Positions 43,872 through 54,151 of a stretch of 64,000 nucleotides of DNA are shown here, piece by piece; positions within the stretch are counted from its first letter, which is position 1, and each line of letters starts with the position of its first letter. The DNA comes from a virus: positions 21,145 through 85,144 of the IMG/VR virus record IMGVR_UViG_3300045740_000123; one strand, 5' to 3'. The notes under the pieces are model-generated. The model saw nothing but the letters and a program-made list of their open reading frames with translations. It made no database searches and had not been told where the DNA came from. The translations under genes were made by a program, and so were the position numbers.

Positions 43872-44597
43872 CTAATTCCCCAGGTGGATCAGCGGCATTT
43901 TATACAAAGAGATCTTGGTGTACCCCCTTTGAATAAACTCACCGCAGATATTGGTGGTGTCACAGTCCCAGTGTTGCGTGATCGGGTTGACGCCAGAGAA
44001 ACGGGCGCCTTCTATAAAAGGTTGGGCGCGGTACACACAAAAACAATTAAAGGTTGACTGCACCGGAAGCACATCTGGCATTTCAAAGATGCGCGGACCT
44101 TTAAAGATGTCATCCTCAATGTTTAGGCGTGTTGCCCAGCTGTCATAGATCCAGCGGTGATTTTGGTATTCAACTGGGTGCAGACTATAGGGCGAACAGA
44201 TGTCGTCATCTGTATACAACAACTGACTTAGCTCGGCTGGATTGAAGTTAATATCTGGCTCTATAAAAAGAACCTTGTCATAAACACTAAGGTCAACCTG
44301 GTCCAGGGTTTTGTTTCGGGCCGAAGCCAGTAACGCAACCCTTTCTTCGTCACGAACGGAGCCAAAGTAAGGTTTGTTTTCAGATAAAGAAGTAATGCAA
44401 ACCTTGTTTAGTTCTGACTCTAGTTCTGGAGCAATGCTTTGCAAATACTCCTTGGTGCCATCGGTTGAATCGTTCTCATAGACGGAGAGGTCAAATGTGG
44501 TTCCTGGGTTTTCATCCATTAAACACAGGATTAAATCCTTCCACCCAAACAAGAAATCCTTGCGGTTGCGGATGATGCTGCAGATCAATACATGCAT
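43872..44597 (-). CDS. GT-A-fold glycosyltransferase-like protein
   Basis: YENDSTDGT, LASARNKTL, IEPD, YDSWATR, VQSTFNCFCVY. Confidence 0.7.
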   Translation of the reverse strand: MHVLICSIIRNRKDFLFGWKDLILCLMDENPGTTFDLSVYENDSTDGTKEYLQSIAPELESELNKVCITSLSENKPYFGSVRDEERVALLASARNKTLDQVDLSVYDKVLFIEPDINFNPAELSQLLYTDDDICSPYSLHPVEYQNHRWIYDSWATRLNIEDDIFKGPRIFEMPDVLPVQSTFNCFCVYRAQPFIEGARFSGVNPITQHWDCDTTNICGEFIQRGYTKISLYKMPLIHLGN

Positions 44598-45760
44598 TTG
44601 TCCAGCTCCTTCGACAGTTTGCGGATATCATCTGAAGTAACAAAATGATTGTTACCGATATAAAAAGAATTTGTATCCATCCGTTCTGTGTTCGGTAAGG
44701 GAATTACAGATTGATAATCCTTCATGAACGGTTGCTTCAGCAAGTTGCCGACCAGGAACGGGCGAGTTTCGACCCCGATTAGGTTGAGGAATTTTTTGAC
44801 CTCCTTGGCAACATCCTCTCTTGTGCAATGGAATGGCAGCGTCATCGCTGAATTCCCCACATAAGAAGCCGCTGTTTCGATCCAGGATTTGGAGAGCATC
44901 TCCTGGCAGAATACTTCGTAGTTTTTGGCGCGTTGTGCATTCCACTTGTCAAGTTTCTTGAGCTGCACTCGACCAATCACTGCACCGCTCTCAACGTTTC
45001 GGAAGTTATATCCTTTGGTTGGGAACAAGAAGGTCGGATCAATTGTTGGGTTTTCGCTTTCGATGACCTTCTTGTAAGACGGCAGCATCTCCCTGGATAA
45101 ACCATGGGAACGCTTGGCACGCAATAAGTTGTACAACTTTTCGTCATTGATGCACACCATGCCGCCTTCCACGGTCGTCATGTGGTGACCAAAGTAGAAG
45201 GAGAAGGTTGAGCCAATGCCTGTATTGCCGACTTTCACACCCGTATTTCGGTCGCGTGCGCCATGGGATTCGCAGCAATCTTCAATGATGGCGGCATGGG
45301 GCCAAAGTTCCTGCACCTTCGTCATGTCATTGGAGATGCCAAGGACATGGGTCACGTAGACAACGTCTGGAACTAAACCTTTAAAGAACAGGTTGTTGGC
45401 TGAAGCGAGAGTGGGGCTATAAGTTTCGTAATCAATGTCATAAAAATACACATCATGTTTCTGCTGGCAGAACGTTGCGATATTGGTGGCCCAGTTAATG
45501 GCTGGCGCAAAAATAGTTAAGCGTTCTTTATCGGGAAAATATAGTTCCTTGACAGCGTCAAGCAAAAGGAAGTTGGCGACTGATCCGTTGGCTACATACA
45601 ACGAATGATCACAGCCCTGCCACTCAGACCACTCATCTTCAAAGGCGCGACACTGAGGACCATTGGTAAAACGGTCTTCAAAGGCAAAAAACTTCAGAAG
45701 AGCAAGCCGTTCCTTCCAGCCGATGGTGTTCTTTTGAAGCGGCCAAGAAAACAAGGTCAT
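44585..45760 (-). CDS. DegT/DnrJ-family PLP enzyme, ColD/E1-type 3-dehydratase
   Basis: ANGSVAN, IEDCCESHGA, SFYFGHHMTTVEGG (His at the usual catalytic Lys position), GYNFR. Confidence 0.85.
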   Translation of the reverse strand: MTLFSWPLQKNTIGWKERLALLKFFAFEDRFTNGPQCRAFEDEWSEWQGCDHSLYVANGSVANFLLLDAVKELYFPDKERLTIFAPAINWATNIATFCQQKHDVYFYDIDYETYSPTLASANNLFFKGLVPDVVYVTHVLGISNDMTKVQELWPHAAIIEDCCESHGARDRNTGVKVGNTGIGSTFSFYFGHHMTTVEGGMVCINDEKLYNLLRAKRSHGLSREMLPSYKKVIESENPTIDPTFLFPTKGYNFRNVESGAVIGRVQLKKLDKWNAQRAKNYEVFCQEMLSKSWIETAASYVGNSAMTLPFHCTREDVAKEVKKFLNLIGVETRPFLVGNLLKQPFMKDYQSVIPLPNTERMDTNSFYIGNNHFVTSDDIRKLSKELDKCMY

Positions 45761-45809
45761 TCCTTTTGATAGGTTTAGTGGTTATACTTTAACCACAAAA
45801 GGCAAAACA

Positions 45810-46832
45810 ATGAAACGGGCGTTAGTAACTGGTATCACTGGCCAAGATGGTTCCTATCTTGCACGTAACCTCGTTGAGAATGGCTATATAATCTGCGGCG
45901 TCGTTAGGAATCACACGCAACCCAACCATCTCGAAAAACTGAAATGGGTATTTGGCGGTGAAATTCCCAGTCAAGTCCAGATTGAATACTCTGATCTGAC
46001 TGATGCACCCTCTTTGACCAGGGTGATCCAGGACTTTGCTCCTGATGAAGTGTATAATCTGGCCGCTCAAAGCCATGTTGGGGTCAGCTTTAAATCTCCA
46101 GTGAGCACAGCAGCGGCTAATGCCATTGGCGTCATGAATGTTTTGGAGGCATGTCGGGCTGGTTCCATTAACCCACGCTTTTACCAAGCCTCTACTTCTG
46201 AGATGTTTGGTAAGGTTCAATCATTTCCGCAAAACGAAGAGACTGGCTTCTACCCACGCAGCCCATACGGTGTTGCAAAGCTGTTTGGTTATTGGCTGAC
46301 TGTCAATTACCGCGAAAGCTATGACATGTTTGGTGCCAACGGAATCCTCTTTAATCATGAGAGCCCGATCCGTGGTGATAACTTCGTCACAAAGAAGATC
46401 ACCAAGGGATTAGTTTCGGTTATTAAAGGAAAAATTCCTGTTTTAGAGCTGGGCAACCTAGAAGCCAAACGTGATTGGGGCCACGCGAAAGATTATGTGG
46501 AGGCCATGCGTTTGATTTTGCAGCAATCAATGCCTAAAGACTATGTGATTGCCAGTGGTATTCAACACAGTGTTCGGCAATTCTGTGAGATTGCTGCTGA
46601 CTATTTGGATCTTGGCTTGGAATGGCAAGGAGAAGGCGTGAATGAAGTCGGCTACAGTACCAAATTGGGGGAAATCGTAATTAAAATCAACCCACAGTTT
46701 TATCGTCCGGCAGAGGTTGATACTCTCCTGGGTGATTGCACCAAGGCTCATCGAGAGTTGGGCTGGGAGCCTCGCATCACCTTTGAAGATATGGTGAAAG
46801 AGATGATCACCTACGATCTGGCAACCGTCTAG
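45810..46832 (+). CDS. gmd: GDP-mannose 4,6-dehydratase
   Basis: ALVTGITGQDGSYLA, YNLAAQSHV, FYQASTSEMFG, PRSPYGVAK, FNHESP, RDWGHAKDYV. Confidence 0.95.
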   Translation: MKRALVTGITGQDGSYLARNLVENGYIICGVVRNHTQPNHLEKLKWVFGGEIPSQVQIEYSDLTDAPSLTRVIQDFAPDEVYNLAAQSHVGVSFKSPVSTAAANAIGVMNVLEACRAGSINPRFYQASTSEMFGKVQSFPQNEETGFYPRSPYGVAKLFGYWLTVNYRESYDMFGANGILFNHESPIRGDNFVTKKITKGLVSVIKGKIPVLELGNLEAKRDWGHAKDYVEAMRLILQQSMPKDYVIASGIQHSVRQFCEIAADYLDLGLEWQGEGVNEVGYSTKLGEIVIKINPQFYRPAEVDTLLGDCTKAHRELGWEPRITFEDMVKEMITYDLATV

Positions 46833-47104
46833 AGATCAACACGTAAGTAAAGCTCGCCTTCTTGGATCAACCGGTCTTCGAAGGCGTTTGCTTCTACTGT
46901 CTCTATATCATCAAAGGCAACACCATTGCGGCTGCGTTGCTCAAGCTTTATGAATGATTTGAGATCAATGTCTGGATCACAGTAATAGAAACGAGTAATG
47001 TTACAAGCCATACTAAAATCACTTCCCAATTCAGCTTGATGCAAGTCCAAAAAATTTGTGCCAGTACGCCCAGGCAGCTCCACCAGCCCTGAACGCCAAG
47101 CCAA
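46829..47104 (-). CDS. small hypothetical protein
   Basis: acidic ORF; the true start is probably the internal MACNITRFYY. Confidence 0.45.
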   Translation of the reverse strand: MAWRSGLVELPGRTGTNFLDLHQAELGSDFSMACNITRFYYCDPDIDLKSFIKLEQRSRNGVAFDDIETVEANAFEDRLIQEGELYLRVDL

Positions 47105-47248
47105 AAGCGTGTCAATGGATCCAATGGGGGATTAACTCGATACTCACGGTGACAAGCATAGCTAACAGTATCGTCAATATAATCGCCCTGAATTCATCCA
47201 TACCACGGTTAAAACCTGCTACATTGTAGCTAATATACAAAACCTTTA

Positions 47249-48103
47249 ATGGTTGCTAGAATCGATACATCAGATCCTTGGATTAAAGCCAAGGATGAGC
47301 AACCAGAAGTTATGCGGTCGATTAATCGGACCGCAGCCAGAATTACGCTTAACGGAAAACGTCACTACACAACTCCGTTACCCACTGGACCTGCGCCGTC
47401 CGTAACCACTATCATTAGCGAGACAGCTTCCGAAGCAAATAAACGGAAGCTTGAAATGTGGTCGAAAGCAAATCCAGGTGTCAAAGAACAAGCAGCCGAG
47501 CGGGGCACTGCCATTCACTATGGTATGGAGCAGTACCTCAAAGGGAATAAAACACCGGAAATCAAAGAGGAATATGCAGACTTTTGGGCAGGCATGCCGT
47601 CAATCCTGGATCAGTTCCAGGAAGTCCTTTGGGCCGAATCCCCTGTTCTGGATAAGTTTGACTTCACTATTGGTGCTGATGACGTTGCACGTGTTTGGGG
47701 TTGCGACGACGAAGGACGTGCTTGGGCTGGTGCCCCTGATATTATTGCCGTCGCTAATAACAAACTTACGCTCGCGGACTTAAAGACCAGCGTTAAACCC
47801 TACAGCCGTAAGTGGCCAAAAGACCTGGAGAAAGGTTCGCCTGAATGGCGTGATCTCCTCGGTGGTCATATGAAATTCAAGAAGACATGTAAACAGCTCG
47901 CGGCATATGACATTGCCATCGAGCAGACATTAGGTATGAAAGTACAACAGGCGGCAATTTTAGTTTCGACGCCTGTACGTACTCAAGTTTTTAAGATCTC
48001 CAGGAACTTCTTGGATTCCTTAAGAGAAGATTGGTTGAAGATCGTAGCCGAATACTATTCCCAAATTGAAAATTGCAACGTCTACGATCCTGATCTCATC
48101 TAA
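47249..48103 (+). CDS. PD-(D/E)XK exonuclease (Cas4/mitochondrial genome maintenance exonuclease-like)
   Basis: PSVTTII, RGTAIH, AGAPD, ADLKTS, QLAAY. Confidence 0.85.
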   Translation: MVARIDTSDPWIKAKDEQPEVMRSINRTAARITLNGKRHYTTPLPTGPAPSVTTIISETASEANKRKLEMWSKANPGVKEQAAERGTAIHYGMEQYLKGNKTPEIKEEYADFWAGMPSILDQFQEVLWAESPVLDKFDFTIGADDVARVWGCDDEGRAWAGAPDIIAVANNKLTLADLKTSVKPYSRKWPKDLEKGSPEWRDLLGGHMKFKKTCKQLAAYDIAIEQTLGMKVQQAAILVSTPVRTQVFKISRNFLDSLREDWLKIVAEYYSQIENCNVYDPDLI

Positions 48104-48647
48104 ATTTAGATGGTTTTTTAGGGGCCTTAAGCGGTTTAATGGGACGCGTAGGCGGTAATGTTACTGGAGCTACATACCCAGGAACCTGAGATGCACTGGC
48201 AGGTCCTGGCGGTAAAGACACAGGGCCAGGAACGAAAGAAGGCGGTGGAACCGGAGCCCGACTAGGAACTACAGGCTTGGCTGAGCCAACAGCAGGGGTC
48301 GACGTTGCTTTTGGTACAAAAGAAGGGGCTGGAGCCGAAGGTGGAGTAGGAACCACAGGCTTGGCTGAGCCAACAGCAGAAGGTCCTTTTGGTACAAAAG
48401 AAGGTCCTGTAGGTACAGCTGAAGGTCCTTTTGGTACAAAAGAAGGTCCTGTAGGTACAGCTGAAGGTCCTTTTGGTACAAAAGAAGGTCCTGCAGTTGG
48501 ACGAGATGCTGCTTTCGCTTTTGACCGTTCAGATGGTGCTCCAGCGCCACTGCTCTTTTGAGCTTTACTGGATTTTAGTTCTTTTAACACACCTCGATAA
48601 GTAGCTAAATCAGCTGAAGGTTTCGAGGCGCCGGCTTGTTTTTTCAT
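48096..48647 (-). CDS. basic Pro-rich repeat protein
   Basis: PSFVPK repeated; tandem PTGPSFVPKGPSAV. Confidence 0.65.
   Translation of the reverse strand: MKKQAGASKPSADLATYRGVLKELKSSKAQKSSGAGAPSERSKAKAASRPTAGPSFVPKGPSAVPTGPSFVPKGPSAVPTGPSFVPKGPSAVGSAKPVVPTPPSAPAPSFVPKATSTPAVGSAKPVVPSRAPVPPPSFVPGPVSLPPGPASASQVPGYVAPVTLPPTRPIKPLKAPKKPSKFR
48379..48493. repeat. 42-bp coding tandem repeat, about 2.7 copies
   Basis: GAAGGTCCTTTTGGTACAAAAGAAGGTCCTGTAGGTACAGCT units start at 48379, 48421 and 48463. Confidence 0.9.
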
Positions 48648-48668
48648 TTTTTTATTTGTTTAATTTAT

Positions 48669-49247
48669 TCAGTAAGACCGGCGCCGGCTACGGCTGCTAG
48701 TCGCTGGATTGGTGAAGCTTGGTGGGGTGCCGCCAAAGGGAACAGATGCTGGATAATTCGGGCCAGACATTCCAACAAAAGGCGTATTTTGTGTGCCGGC
48801 AAAGGGAGTTGATGCTGAGTAATTGGGACCCGACATCCCACCAAACGGTTGTGTTGGGGTGGGATATGCAGATGGCACCGCAGGAACTCCAACCGTTGGT
48901 GTAGAAGTCGTTGGTGTAGAAGGAGTTGGGGTAGAAGGTAATGAAGTTGGAGTGGAATAATTTGGACCGCTATAAGCCGGAGTTGGGGTTGGGGTTGGTG
49001 CAGTAGGCGTTGGCCGAGAAGGAGTTCTCCGAGTGCTTGGTGTATACGATGCGCGTTTTTGTTCCGCAACAGAAGTTGGCTTATTCTTTGCAGCTAAACC
49101 AGTGCGTTGTGCAGGTTTTTCTGCTGTTTTTTTAGTTGCTGAAGTCCGGGTCTTAGGTGCAGAAGCCTGAAGCTTGGCACTTTTTGGAGCCTTCGAACCG
49201 CCAGCTTTTGCACCGCCTTTACCAGCGGCACCACCCTTAGCTTTCAT
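48669..49247 (-). CDS. basic, Pro/Thr-rich low-complexity protein
   Basis: MKAKGGAAGKGG N-terminus; three SGPNY motifs. Confidence 0.65.
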   Translation of the reverse strand: MKAKGGAAGKGGAKAGGSKAPKSAKLQASAPKTRTSATKKTAEKPAQRTGLAAKNKPTSVAEQKRASYTPSTRRTPSRPTPTAPTPTPTPAYSGPNYSTPTSLPSTPTPSTPTTSTPTVGVPAVPSAYPTPTQPFGGMSGPNYSASTPFAGTQNTPFVGMSGPNYPASVPFGGTPPSFTNPATSSRSRRRSY

Positions 49248-49391
49248 GTTTAAATATTTAACTTCTTCCATTTTACTTAAAGTTACTTAACCTTTTTATG
49301 GGTCTCGTGCGTCTCAAATAAATTCACGAAATCATAATGGCCTCCTGGATCAGGAGCCGTAGGATGGTATGACACCCGAAAGCCAACCCCT

Positions 49392-49573
49392 ATGGAAATT
49401 TATATTTCCGTAGGTGAGTGGATGAATACTCTCCAAGACCGCATGACCACTGCGGTTGATGGGGATTGTTTTTGTCTGCCCACCGATATGCATCTTCATG
49501 CATTTTGGCTCATTAAAAACTCAATGTTCCCTGAACGAAACTTTAAAGTAGAGGTTCACCAAGAGCGGTAATA
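49392..49573 (+). CDS. small hypothetical protein
   Basis: MEIYISVGEWMNTLQDRM... read by hand, directly upstream of the primase; end approximate. Confidence 0.5.
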
Positions 49574-49576
49574 CAC

Positions 49577-52210
49577 ATGGCAAACACCCATCAACAAGCA
49601 CTTAAGCCAGGCGAGATCAGGCTCGACTACCTCCCGGTCGACTGGCCTCTCACTCCTCTTGGTAAAAATAAAGATCCATACGTAGCTGGTTGGCAGAACA
49701 AACCTTTTAGTGTCCGTGAAATTGAAGAAGAAGTCATCGGCGGCAAATGTAAAGCGGTCGGTTTGCTTGGCGGCCCTGTCTACAACCATCCCTATGGTCT
49801 TATTTGGGTTGATGTTGATGGTCCAACTGTCTACTCCCTCATCGAATCACTTGCAGATCAACCATTCGATGACGCACTTCCCAATACCCTGACAATTCTC
49901 AGCGGTAAAGAAGGGCGTGAACGCAAGCTATACCGCCTCGATCGCGAAAAACACAAGCATATCGTCCGTAATAAATACACCTGGCAAGCGGAAGGAGAAA
50001 AAGAAAAACTTGAAATTCTCTGGAAGCGGCACCAGGGTGTTCTCATGGGCCTCCACCCTGAGACTGATGGTTACTACACCGCTGCAGAACAAGGTTTTGA
50101 GTGGATTGAATCCCTGCCTGAGTTCCCGGATTGGTTGCTGAACGCAATCATCAACAAAAACGTCAAGCAAGGGATACCCGCAAAAGAAAAGACACGAATC
50201 GTTGGTCCTTCTTTTGCAATCAACACAGAAATTTCCCTTGATCGGGACATGCAGCTGGCAACGGAAGCCATGTGGGCTCTGCCTCCAGAAGCTGCTGATG
50301 ACTACGACGTTTGGATCACTGTTGGACAGTCACTCCATTCGTTGGATGAATCGTTACTTGATGATTGGGATGAATGGTCCAAGCAATCTGAAAAGTATCA
50401 GGCTGGTGAATGCCGTAGACGTTGGCTTTCCTTCTCAAAAGGTGGCGGTCGTGGGATTGGTTCCCTTATTCACATCGCTCAGGAAAACGGTTGGAAGCCC
50501 TCCCAGGATCACAAGGCTATGAATGTTGACGATCTCACGCTTGATCATGTGTCCAAACTGCTGGAGGAACTGGAGCAAGATCTATTTCCTGAAGTTGCAT
50601 CTGATGCGACTCCTCTTGCAGATACCGTAGAGCCACTGGTTGCATCTCGTGGTAAAACACGGAACCTGCGCATGCAAGGAAAAGGTAAAGACCAGAAGCC
50701 ACGTAATCCTTCATCCGACATCGTCGCAGATATTCTCGGGCAAATGTACCAGGGGAATCTGCGTTACAGCCAAGCTCAAAACAGTTTCTTTATCTATGAG
50801 TTCAAGGGGCATGGCCTTTGGTCTCAAGTGTCTGAATATGAGATGAAGGGTGACATCAAAGATAAGCTGGATCAAATCAAGAAGGAGGTGCTGCCCAACG
50901 GTTACTCGATGAACCTGGTGGGTGACATCCTTGAGCAGCTTCGTATTTCCTTCATCTTTGATGACTGGTATGAAGACAACGACTACCTGCTTTTCACCAA
51001 CGGTGTGCTGGATGTAAATACCAGGGAGCTGCTTCCTTTTGACCGTGAGCTGTACATCACACAACAACTGCCTTACGACTACGACCCTTACGCAACCTGT
51101 GAAGAAATCATTAAATGGCTGAAGCATTCACAGAACGACAGCTGGGGTCGTGTTCAAGTTCTGCGTGCATGGCTCCGTGCCGTGCTGCTCAGTCACTCTG
51201 AAATCCAAAAGTTTGTTGAAATTGTCGGCCCAGGTAAATCGGGTAAGTCCACCTACAGCAACCTTGCTCACGCACTTGTTGGTGATGACAACGCCATGAT
51301 CTCCTCCCTGGAGCATCTGGAGAAAAACCGATTTGAAACCGCCAACCTATATAAAAAGAAACTGTTGCTCTTCAATGATGTAGAGCGTTACGGTGGATCT
51401 GTCTCCGTATTAAAAGCAATTACTGGGCGAGATCTGATTCGTAATGAAAGAAAGTTCCAGGCGGGCAGTCAAAAGCCCTTTAAATTCAATGGTCTCGTCA
51501 TCATCACCGCCAACGAACCTATTCAAACGACTGACCCGACCAGTGGTTTGGCTCGTCGGCGTCTTACTATTCCTTTTGATCGTCCGTTTACTGGATCTTC
51601 TGCAGAACAGAAAACTCTCATCGACATGGATGACCGTGGTCGTCCCTTTGGAGAATTTGCTGCTCTTCTGCCTGGATTGGTGAACTGGGTCCTTGATATG
51701 TCAGAAGCGGAAATGAGGGAATACCTCATGGAAACCAACGAAAAAGTACCCTTCTTTGCCAAGCATCACAGGGAACAGATCCTTAAATCCAACCAGATCC
51801 TTGATTGGATGCAGCACTGTGTGGTCTTTGACCCAGGTATTGCTTCTCCTGTTGGCCTAGCAAAACATGCCCCAGGTGGTGCATCAAACCTTTATATCAA
51901 TTGGGATAAATGGCTCTATGCCAGTTACTGCGAGTTCAGCCGCAGTTCCAATGGCAACATCCTGGGCCGCAGTCGATTTGAAACCCTTCTGATGGACGTA
52001 TGTGTGCATCAGCTCAAGCTAAACATCTATCAATTTAAAAATAGTCGTGGCATGCGGGTGGTCAACATCGCACTCAGGGCTTCATCTCCTAAGTACGATT
52101 CGTATCCATCTCTGGTTGAAGTGGGTTTGAACAAAAATGAATGGCGTGAATTCTATGGAAATGTCTTGGATAAGAAATCTTCTGAGACAATGGAAGCTGA
52201 AGAGGAATAA
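49577..52210 (+). CDS. primase-polymerase / PriCT-2 / D5-like SF3 helicase
   Basis: Prim-Pol N-terminus (WVDVDG), DDYDVWITVGQSLH...WDEWSKQSEKY (PriCT-2), FTNGVLD, Walker A GPGKSGKST, LKAITGRD. Confidence 0.92.
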   Translation: MANTHQQALKPGEIRLDYLPVDWPLTPLGKNKDPYVAGWQNKPFSVREIEEEVIGGKCKAVGLLGGPVYNHPYGLIWVDVDGPTVYSLIESLADQPFDDALPNTLTILSGKEGRERKLYRLDREKHKHIVRNKYTWQAEGEKEKLEILWKRHQGVLMGLHPETDGYYTAAEQGFEWIESLPEFPDWLLNAIINKNVKQGIPAKEKTRIVGPSFAINTEISLDRDMQLATEAMWALPPEAADDYDVWITVGQSLHSLDESLLDDWDEWSKQSEKYQAGECRRRWLSFSKGGGRGIGSLIHIAQENGWKPSQDHKAMNVDDLTLDHVSKLLEELEQDLFPEVASDATPLADTVEPLVASRGKTRNLRMQGKGKDQKPRNPSSDIVADILGQMYQGNLRYSQAQNSFFIYEFKGHGLWSQVSEYEMKGDIKDKLDQIKKEVLPNGYSMNLVGDILEQLRISFIFDDWYEDNDYLLFTNGVLDVNTRELLPFDRELYITQQLPYDYDPYATCEEIIKWLKHSQNDSWGRVQVLRAWLRAVLLSHSEIQKFVEIVGPGKSGKSTYSNLAHALVGDDNAMISSLEHLEKNRFETANLYKKKLLLFNDVERYGGSVSVLKAITGRDLIRNERKFQAGSQKPFKFNGLVIITANEPIQTTDPTSGLARRRLTIPFDRPFTGSSAEQKTLIDMDDRGRPFGEFAALLPGLVNWVLDMSEAEMREYLMETNEKVPFFAKHHREQILKSNQILDWMQHCVVFDPGIASPVGLAKHAPGGASNLYINWDKWLYASYCEFSRSSNGNILGRSRFETLLMDVCVHQLKLNIYQFKNSRGMRVVNIALRASSPKYDSYPSLVEVGLNKNEWREFYGNVLDKKSSETMEAEEE

Positions 52211-52212
52211 CC

Positions 52213-52572
52213 ATGAGCAATGGGCGCCACTTAATTCTTGATCTCTATGACTGTGATCAGGAAATCCTGAATGATTACGATGAACTCCAGCGGCTCCTTG
52301 AAGCGTCGCTGGTTATGGCAAAGGCGTCCATTCTTCGGATCATCGGTGAAAAATTTGAACCGCAAGGTGTAACGCTGGTTGCATTACTGGCTGAATCACA
52401 TGCCTCCATACACTCCTGGCCGGAGATTGGATATGCAGCAGTTGATTTCTATACCTGTGGCGATACAACGAATACTCATAAGGCAGCTGAGTTCCTCAAG
52501 AAAAAACTAAAAGCTAAAATTAGCGAGGAGAAAGAACTCACGCGATCAATAACTCCAACAACTTATGTATAG
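52213..52572 (+). CDS. speD: S-adenosylmethionine decarboxylase proenzyme
   Basis: GRHLILDLYDC, FEPQGVT, LAESHASIHSWPE, DFYTCG. Confidence 0.93.
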   Translation: MSNGRHLILDLYDCDQEILNDYDELQRLLEASLVMAKASILRIIGEKFEPQGVTLVALLAESHASIHSWPEIGYAAVDFYTCGDTTNTHKAAEFLKKKLKAKISEEKELTRSITPTTYV

Positions 52573-52595
52573 TTAGACGAGATATCATCGGCTAA

Positions 52596-53855
52596 ATGTC
52601 TGAAAAACCAAAACTCCTATGGGTCGGCGACATTGTCGCAATGACCGGATTTGCGCGTGTAACAGAGAACGTCCTTGCTCGTATCAAAGATCGGTACGAC
52701 ATTTATGTCCTGGGTTGTAATTGGCATGGCGATCCCTCCCCGCTGCAGGCCGAATATCAAATGTTCCCTGCTTCCAATGCCTACCAAACAGCTCCCTTTG
52801 GTGAAGCACGGATTCGTGAAATCACAGAGCACGTCAAGCCTGATGTGATCTTTACGATCAATGACTGCTGGATCATCAATAACCAGTGGGCTCAGATTCG
52901 TGATCTACGGGAACAAATCGGCTTTAAGTTCGTGGGCTACTTCCCCATGGACTCCTACGGCTGGTATGGCTGTCTTAATGACACCATGGAAGAGTGGGAT
53001 GCAGCAATCTGCTACACCAAATTTGGTGCAGAAGAAACACTCAATGCAGGTGTCAAGAAGCCAATCTGGGTGATCCCCCATGGCGTTACCCCAGGTCAGT
53101 TCTATCCCAAGGACAAGGCTGAGTGCCGTAAGCAGCTGAACCTGGATCCAAATGATTTCATTGTTTTCAACGGCAACCGCAACCAATTCCGCAAACGTAT
53201 TGACCTAACGATTTCGGCATTTGCAAAATTTGCAGTCAATCGACCTGATGCCAAGCTCTACCTCCATATGGGGCAGAAAGATCAAGGTTGGGACATCATG
53301 CCCCTCTTCGCCCGTGAGATGAACCGCCAGGGCCTTGATCCAAACGGTCGCATCATCATGAGTACGCCCACCAACGGCGGACCCAACGTGCCTGTCGACC
53401 TGTTGAACACCATCTACAACTGCGCTGACGTTGGCATCAATACGTGCAAAGGGGAAGGCTGGGGTCTGGTCAACTTTGAACACGCTGCCTGCCGTGTCGC
53501 CCAGGTGGTGCCTGATCACACTTCCTGTAAGGAGATCTTCGATGGCTACGGAAAACTGATCCGCAACCTGCACGCTGACGTTGATACCAACTTTGGCCGC
53601 ATCATGCCCTGCCCCGACGACAATCACCTGGCCCAAATCCTTGGTGAGCTGTACCAAGACCGTGCTGAACTCGATCGTGTGGCGCAGGCTTGCTACGAGC
53701 GGGTGACAGATCCTTGCTTCAACTGGGACACGGTGTCTTCTGATTTTGTTGAGGTCTTTACTGAGGTTCTGGCCCAGAAGGAAGGGGATCCGATTACGGA
53801 AAGTAAGCGGAAGAACAAGAAGGCAGCGGAAGTTAAGGAACCTGCTACCGTCTGA
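52596..53855 (+). CDS. GT-B (GT4-like) glycosyltransferase
   Basis: TGFARV, IPHGV, NRNQFRKRIDL, GEGWGLVNFE. Confidence 0.85.
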   Translation: MSEKPKLLWVGDIVAMTGFARVTENVLARIKDRYDIYVLGCNWHGDPSPLQAEYQMFPASNAYQTAPFGEARIREITEHVKPDVIFTINDCWIINNQWAQIRDLREQIGFKFVGYFPMDSYGWYGCLNDTMEEWDAAICYTKFGAEETLNAGVKKPIWVIPHGVTPGQFYPKDKAECRKQLNLDPNDFIVFNGNRNQFRKRIDLTISAFAKFAVNRPDAKLYLHMGQKDQGWDIMPLFAREMNRQGLDPNGRIIMSTPTNGGPNVPVDLLNTIYNCADVGINTCKGEGWGLVNFEHAACRVAQVVPDHTSCKEIFDGYGKLIRNLHADVDTNFGRIMPCPDDNHLAQILGELYQDRAELDRVAQACYERVTDPCFNWDTVSSDFVEVFTEVLAQKEGDPITESKRKNKKAAEVKEPATV

Positions 53856-53870
53856 GCGGAGATGTGACGG

Positions 53871-53892
53871 AGCCCCGAAAGGGGCTTTTTTA
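53871..53892 (+). terminator. intrinsic terminator
   Basis: AGCCCC-GAAA-GGGGCT followed by a T tract. Confidence 0.85.
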
Positions 53893-54151
53893 TTGGCAAG
53901 TTGATCTCATTGTGAGACCAAGGTGCCGGTACAGAGAACACAGAATCAGACCCCGTTTATTCTTAGCGCATAGTTAAACGACACTTTGAAAGCGGCGTAC
54001 CTAGTACAGGCGTTCGGATGCAGGGGGCGCAGGGGTGGCGAGGACCGACTAAGGTAGGTACACTGTTGAAGCGGCGTACTTTGGGTCTAATAAAGAAAAA
54101 ATTAACCCCATTTCTGCATTCTCTGCATCTCACCTGAGTCTCAAAACACCC

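Noticed and set aside
47102-47159. Frameshift at CCCCC extending ORF 46829..47104 upstream
   Set aside because: No homology evidence is available and alternative frames are equally plausible
48379-48493. CRISPR array
   Set aside because: Units are directly tandem with no unique spacers and lie in frame within a Pro-rich ORF
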